Assembly: GCA_964035575.1 (NCBI GenBank)
Contig: OZ037835.1
Coordinates: forward strand, 558,001-622,000
Length of the DNA: 64,000 bases
Direction: 5' to 3'
DNA from: Rhynchopus sp. YZ270_cl-10
Taxonomy: Eukaryota
In this document: piece by piece, positions 57,889 to 64,000 of the stretch
How positions within the stretch are numbered: the stretch's first letter is position 1
How the letters are laid out: every line of letters begins with the position of its first letter
Position numbers and translations under genes: made by a program
The notes under the pieces: model-generated
The model's database searches: none
The model's input: only the letters and a program-made list of their open reading frames with translations
What the model was told of the DNA's origin: nothing

Positions 57889-57973
57889 CTTTTTTGTGTG
57901 TCTTTTTCCTTTGGGTGGGATTTTCAGCAAATTTTCCACCTTCATGCTAAACGCATTGAAGCCCTAAATCATG

Positions 57974-58044
57974 GGCCCTATGGTGTAGCGGTAGCACTAT
58001 GGATTCCAAATCCATCAACGGCGGTTCGATTCCGTCTAGGGTCA
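57974..58044 (+). tRNA. tRNA-Trp(CCA)
   Basis: GGCCCTA/TAGGGTC acceptor, ATGGA-TTCCAAA-TCCAT anticodon arm, GGTTCGATTCC T-arm, T-rich terminator-like tract downstream. Confidence 0.9.
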
Positions 58045-58126
58045 TTTCTTTTTTGTCACACTTTCCTTTCTGTGTTGTCTTGAAAAACTTCTTCACAGGA
58101 GAAACAGCAAAAGCATCTTAATCAGC

Positions 58127-58198
58127 GGCGATTTAGCTCAGTGGCAGAGCATTGGTCTTGTAAACCAAGGGTCGGGGGTTCGATCCCCCCAGTTGCCT
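58127..58198 (+). tRNA. tRNA-Thr(TGT)
   Basis: GGCGATT/AGTTGCC acceptor, TTGGT-CTTGTAA-ACCAA anticodon arm, GGTTCGATCCC T-arm. Confidence 0.93.
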
Positions 58199-59399
58199 TT
58201 CTATTTTTTGGCGATGTGATGTGATGTGGTTGTGCTGAAGAAGCAGCAACTGAGCACTGGATGTGGCAGGCAGGAACGCAGAAGGGAGATGGCCTGGCCA
58301 TGTTCCAGTACAGGCCCGAGCGAGTGCTCACAGAATGGGCTCCAAAACCAGCACAGAATGGAATGGCTGGAGACTTATAGGCTTACTGTAAGGATTTGTT
58401 AGGAGTGGAAAAAAAAACTCCTGACCCGGGTATTGAATTTTCGGATCATTTTCTCAGTCACAATGTAAGCACAGAATGGAAACCAAAACCAAGCACAGAA
58501 TGGAATGGCTGTCGCGCGCTTCGCGCGCGCCTCCCTGACAGCCACAGAGCGGAGAGGCGGGTCAATTTTGCGAGATAATAAAAAACGGAAATGTAATCCT
58601 TTCTCTTGCACCATACGCTCCACGAACCGTACAAAACCAATAAGTCTTCCAGAAGCAGGGGCTGATGGCGGGTAATTTTTAAAAAACGGCAAAATTTTTG
58701 CAGCTTTGGTCAAGTTGTATTTTTTGGCTGCAAAATGCAAGGGTATCCAAAGACATTGCCAACTCTGGTGTGGCCCGTTTTGCGGTTTTCCGTGTCTCAA
58801 GAATGGCCCAAAAGTGGGTTAAATCGAGGGGCGGGCCACACCAAACTCTATTTTTTTGCGGAGCAAAAAAATTAATATAAATGGCGCCGCAGGCGAAAAA
58901 AAAATTAGGGTACGGTGTAAGAATGCTTCCTTTTACACCACAGAATCACTCAACGAACCCTTTTTTTGAGTAGCAAAAAATGAAAATAGCGCCGCAGGCA
59001 AATTTTTTTTAAGGTGCAGCCCTGGACGGTGCATACAGGCTCGGGAAAATATTGGCTCCCTCGGGGGAGACAAAGTGACTCCCACTATAAAACCCCTAGG
59101 AGGATAATCCTCCACCCGAGCCCCAGTGTTTCCGCGACCCAAAAATCGGACGAAGTTCGTCCGGTAGGAAAAAAAAAAAAAAAAACTGCCGGACGAAGTT
59201 CGTCCGGACGAAGTTCATCCGGGGAGTGGGAAAAATGGGTGGGGAGAGGGCCCGGGGTACCTTGTAAAGTGGACGAGTGGGGTGCGGCCTCGCAGGGGAC
59301 GCACCCCACCCCGTATAGAAAAATAAAGGCCTCCCCTCTTTGGCGTCGCGCAGATCTGCGGCCGCACTTATGGTATCCCCCTCTATCATTCCCCTCAAA

Positions 59400-59790
59400 C
59401 CCTTTGCGGGTTTGCGCACGGAGTACAGCATTGAACAGCTAGGCAGATTGTACGACCAGTTCTTCACCCCCCACAAACTGTCCTACATGCATCACGATGT
59501 CGTGGGTGGGGATGCGCTGAAGCCGGTGTACAGCGACACCGCTGAATGGAAGCAGTTCCAGACAGCCAGTATTGTGCAGGGGGTTGAATTCAGTGACCTG
59601 TTGGCAGAGTGGCAAGAGCTCAAGTCGGTGTTGAGGGTGTGCACCTCAATGACAACTCTTCATGACGTTCTGATGTATGCTGAGCTCAATGAGGAAGGTG
59701 ACACCGAGTACCCTCAGATGAGGACGTTACTCCGTCTCTTGTTCACTCTTCCTGTGGGTACAAGCACAGCTGAGCGCTTATTCCACCACC
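59400..59790 (+). pseudogene. Remnant of a hAT transposase (C-terminal dimerisation domain)
   Basis: LLAEWQELK...EYPQMRTLLRLLFTLPVGTSTAERLF matches the hAT dimerisation pattern YP..L.LPvst..aERxF; the rest of the transposase is absent. Confidence 0.75.
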
Positions 59791-60042
59791 CGCCACGCTT
59801 TGTTTTCGAGTATCTCGTAACGTGAGTTTCTCACCTGTTGTGTCTCACGAAAGACCGTGAGGCGAGACAACTCCGCCGGAGGCCCCCGACCCGGCGCGCG
59901 AAGCGCGCCGGGCTCGACCTGTATTGTGTTACTGGGGGGGGGCGAATAAACGAGGTAATTCGAATAAAGCACGTACGTCGAATAAAGCACGCATTTGAAA
60001 AATGGGTTTTTTGCTTTTTTTTTGCGTCGAATAAAGCACGTA

Positions 60043-60731
60043 CCTACCCCCCCCCGTGCATAAGTCCGACCCCCATTACCCGTGCATAAGTCCGATGACC
60101 CGTGTATAAGTCCGGGCAGATTTGGGCTCAGGATCGGACTTATGCACAGGCCGACTTATACACCGGTTTTGTGTATTGGTGGTGGGGAGAATTTTTTTGG
60201 GGGCGTTTTCCCGCTCGCGAAGCGAGCGGGGGAAAATTTTTGGGGTGTTTTTCCGCGAGCGAAGCGAGCGTAACTTTATTTTTATTGGCGGTGTATTCAC
60301 CAGGGATCATATTCGCGCTTCTCATGTCAATACATCATCCTCACAATTCTCAAAGATGCGAACTGTTACTGCAACAGTGTGGAAAACTTTGCACCCCAAA
60401 CAGTCTCAACAGCCAAAAGGCGCCCCTTGTTGCTGGGAGTTGGTTCTCATGTTTGATACCTGCACAGGCATTCCTCCGAGTCAAACGCTATTTGGCCTGC
60501 CTGCGGCGTTGAAAACGGCCGTTAAATTTTGCGGTGTCACATTCCCTCATGTGTGGGTCATTCACACTGAGGTCACGTGACACCTCATGGGTCTGGGTAC
60601 CTGGGTGCACAAAACCGGTGTATAAGTCCGATACCCGTGCATAAGTCCGAAACCCCGTGTATAAGTCCGGAGGCCCTCAGCCCCCCCAAAAATCGGACTT
60701 ATACGCAGACTTATGCACGGGGGGGGGTAGG
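60043..60731. mobile_element. TA-targeting MITE nested in 59932-61668
   Basis: TIRs CCTACCCCCCCCCGTGCATAAGTC / GACTTATGCACGGGGGGGGGTAGG, TA duplicated; ~100-bp fragment of the same family at 10185-10288. Confidence 0.75.
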
Positions 60732-61017
60732 TACGTGTTTTATTCGACTTTTTGAACTTTTCCTGTGTTGTGACAAGGTAGTTCGTATTTTGTGAAAATT
60801 TAAGTTGCTGAAATTTTGTCCATTTTTCCGTATATCCCCCACCACAAGCCGGGATTGGCTCGGAAATGCAGCAAAATCACCTCTTGGGCGAAAAAAAAAT
60901 CGAAAAAAAATTGTGACTGGAAAAACTTTCCAAAAAGTTCAAAAAGGCGAATAAAGCACGTACGTGCTTTATTCGCCTTTTCGAACTTTTTTTTTTTTAA
61001 AACCTCAGGATCTGAAG

Positions 61018-61610
61018 CAGGGGTTAAGTTAGCTTTTTTTTTTTCTCGCTGAGTCGGGTTTTCTGGGTTTTTTTCGGTTTTTCTGGATTTTGCGAAAAAT
61101 AACCCATTCCCTCCGCGAGCGCAGCGAGCGGAAAAAATTTTAAGGTGCACCTCCGCGAGCGTAGCGAGCGAAAAAAATTTTTCGCAATTTTTGGGCAAAG
61201 TTCAAAAATCCCACCAAAAAGTGGGGGACCCTGGGGATTTTTGGATTTGTCCTAACAATTTTGAAGCATAAATTTGAAGAACAGGACTGGTGTACCCCTC
61301 ACCGACCTCAGTTCCCACGTCCCTGCCTCATCCGCACTCTCGCAACACTAGTACTGAACCCGAAGCTCGCCAGAGATCCCTGTTGCCTCTTCATATGAAT
61401 CATTCCCAGTTCTGACGGGGGTTTTGTTTGGGTCGGGAGGATTTTTTTTTCTTAGAGGGTGAGGTGGGGGGGGCTCCGCCCCCACCCCTACCCCACCTTC
61501 CCGGCCTACACCACCCAAAAATTTGGATTTTTTTTTTTTTTTTTTGAAAAACCCGAAAACCCGAAAACCGGGTTTTGAAAACCCAGAAACCCGCCCTAAC
61601 TTAACCCCTG
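61018..61610 (+). mobile_element. 593-bp hAT-type MITE (family 3, copy b; empty-site counterpart of 48888-56813)
   Basis: 15-bp TIRs CAGGGGTTAAGTTAG; 8-bp TSD ATCTGAAG. Confidence 0.92.
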
Positions 61611-62725
61611 ATCTGAAGTGTAGGGACGCCTAATAAAACACGTACGTGCTTTATTCGACCCCCCCCAGTAAGCACTAGTAAAAAAAAAAATTTTGGGGGG
61701 GGGAAAAACTCGTCCGCCCCCTTCGAAAACACCGGAAGAACGCGGAAACCCTGCCGAGCCCGCCAAAAAAAAAAAAAATGGAGGAAATCCTCCACCAAAA
61801 AAGCCTGAAAAAAAAAAAAAAAAAGCCCCTGGAGGAAATATCCTCCCCTACGTGGAGGATCTTGAGAGCACTGCGAAAGGTCCATAATTGTTCTGGTCCA
61901 TGATTAGTCTAGTCCATGTTTTTTCTGGTCCATATTTTTTCAAAAGACGGTATATGAGGGTAGGCGTGTAATTGAAGGAAAGTATAAAAAATGTAGAAGG
62001 AAAAGAGGGGGAGGAGGGAATCGGGCGAGATTAATACCATCGAACGAACGTGTGTTTTTTATTTTCATAATATTATTTGTAAAAATAATCATTCGATCCG
62101 AAAAGACTGAACCTATTCAGTGATCTCAATAACCTCCACACAGACTTTACAATGTCTTAGGGAATCCCCTTTTGCGTTTTGCAGCCATGAAAACTGATTT
62201 TATTTCCCAACCCAACAACAACAATATAGCGTGAAGACAATAAATAAAATCAAAGCGATCACAGCAAACAGGTGTGAGGGAGAAGAAAAGAAAGTGAACA
62301 AAAACGAAAAAACAATGTTTTTCTGAAATGTGATGTTGTTGGGGGTGGGGAGAATAAAACAGTTCCAAGAAAAGCTCCTGCGTCGGTTTTCTTTTGGTTA
62401 CAAAAAAAGTTGACCATTTTTTTTTTTTTTTTTCAATATGACCCACCATTGCAACAGCCCCTGCTTTCTGGAAGACGCATTGAGATTTGTGTAGCGGAGC
62501 AGAAAAGAATGTCAGTTATAAAATAATAAACAGCGGAGGCACGGCAAAAATGCGCATTTTTGATATTTTTGATATTTTTGGCAGAATTTTTTGGGCGTTT
62601 TTTGCGTTTTTTTTAGGGAAAAATAGTGAGGGGAGTTGGGTCCAGTCATAGGAAGTATAGAGAATTTTTGAAAAATTCTTCCATTGGAATAAGGGCTTGC
62701 GGGCCTTGCCCTCTGAGGTGTTAGA

Positions 62726-62795
62726 AGGTTTGCAGGTTTGCAGGTTTGCAGGTTTGCAGGTTTGCAGGTTTGCAGGTTTGCAGGTTTGCAGGTTT
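62726..62795. repeat. (AGGTTTGC)n 8-bp microsatellite, ~8.5 copies
   Basis: Perfect tandem repeat. Confidence 0.95.
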
Positions 62796-64000
62796 AAGGA
62801 GGCGAATCTGTGTGGATGAGGGTTGAGGGTGCTTAGATGGGGTATGATACTGAGGTGCTTAAATGGTGGTTTTGTAGGTTACATAGTCACGAGACTGCCC
62901 TTGTATTAAAAGGGGGAAGAGGGGAGATGATAGGGGACAAGGCTACCAATCCGACTTAAACCGACTCAGTAGGGTCAGGTCGGACCGACCCAAACCTACC
63001 CAGCAAAAAGGTCAAAAAATAGATGTCAATTTTGAGACACTTTTTTTCCACTTTTTTCCTTAGGGATTTTTCCAGGTACTTAGCGAAGCGTTAGGGCGAC
63101 TTAAGTCCCTTGGCCCCAGCGCCCTATGGGGCGCCTCCTCGTCGGGCTGTTAGGGCCCTCCGGTGGCCAGGTTCTTTCTCTGGGCTTAGAGGCTCGAAGT
63201 TCCCCGTCAGATTGGAGCTGGTGTGCTTTATGAGGCTCGCTCGTCTAGATTGAGGCTCGCTCGTCCGGATTGGGCTAGCTCGTCCGCCTTCGGCTAGACC
63301 CTCCGCCTTTGGGTGGGCTCGTGGATCTCCGTTATGTACGTACGGGTTCGATACTCTGGTTGGAGTGTGACAGCACGCCATTTCTTGAGCACGTTGGTAA
63401 CACACGAAGTGCAATGGCGATAATGGAAAGATAGATGCCGGCATTGGTGAATTGCTGGAGTTCTGCACAGGAAGCTAGCATGACGTAGAATCACTGTGTG
63501 AACAAAATGACCGTATTTTGGTTGAAAATTTGACTTGAAAATTTTTTTCATAATTTGCCCAATCGAAGGTTTTCCTTGGATTTTTTGGGCCATTTTATGA
63601 CGTACCACGCCCGATTTTGGGCGAAAAAAAATATTTTTTTTTGGTCAAAAATCGCCTTGTATTACCACTGTATTGGTGTAGGCTTGTACACAGAAGTGTG
63701 TTTTGTGTAACCACAGATGGTCAAAACACCCGATTTTTGCATTTTTTTTGCATTTTTTGGTGCCCAAAGACCCACCTCAGTGGTCGAAATTTTCCCGAAA
63801 AAAAAATTTTTTTTTTGGGGAATAGTCAGTTATGCCCTACCCTTTTTTTGAAATGGTCAGAGATACCCGAAAATAAGTTCAGATATTGGTCAGAGATACC
63901 CGAAAATAAGTTCAGATATTGGTCAGAGATGCCCCATTTTCAAAAATAGGGCATAACTGACCAATATCTGAACTTATTTTCGGGTATTTCGGGTATCTCT

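Larger units (their letters stand above)
59932..61668. mobile_element. Tc1/mariner-type non-autonomous element hosting two nested inserts
   Basis: TA-flanked TIRs CTGGGGGGGGGCGAATAA / TTATTCGACCCCCCCCAG; internal AATAAAGCACGTACGT repeats. Confidence 0.7.

Noticed and set aside
57974..58044. tRNA-Trp as a UGA-decoding variant that could explain the gag-pol UGA
   Set aside because: Anticodon stem is a normal 5 bp (ATGGA/TCCAT), and host genes here use TGA as a genuine stop

Overview
Repeat-rich eukaryotic genomic DNA, most likely from a euglenozoan protist such as a diplonemid. This is inferred from all protein genes lying on one strand, GT-AG cis-introns, a VP39-type cap methyltransferase and a tRNA-Tyr with an 11-nt intron. 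Minus-strand host genes: a secreted purple acid phosphatase, a 3-exon cap 2'-O-methyltransferase-like gene, a receptor-type degenerate nucleotide cyclase, an LVIVD/mucin type-I membrane protein, a zinc-finger protein, and four copies of a ubiquitin-like + LRR + CaaX gene. Of those four copies one is intact, one is a pseudogene and two are split by retroposon-like inserts, one of which starts with an HDV-like ribozyme fold. Intergenic DNA is packed with nested hAT and Tc1/mariner MITEs and satellites. The highlight is an apparently intact 7.3-kb tyrosine-recombinase retrotransposon (49406-56734) with split direct repeats in the order A1-gag-pol-B1A2-YR-B2. It has a predicted gag intron, a single in-frame UGA-CUG between gag and pol, and an empty-site copy in the same window consistent with integration by recombination in a T tract. 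A five-tRNA cluster follows.
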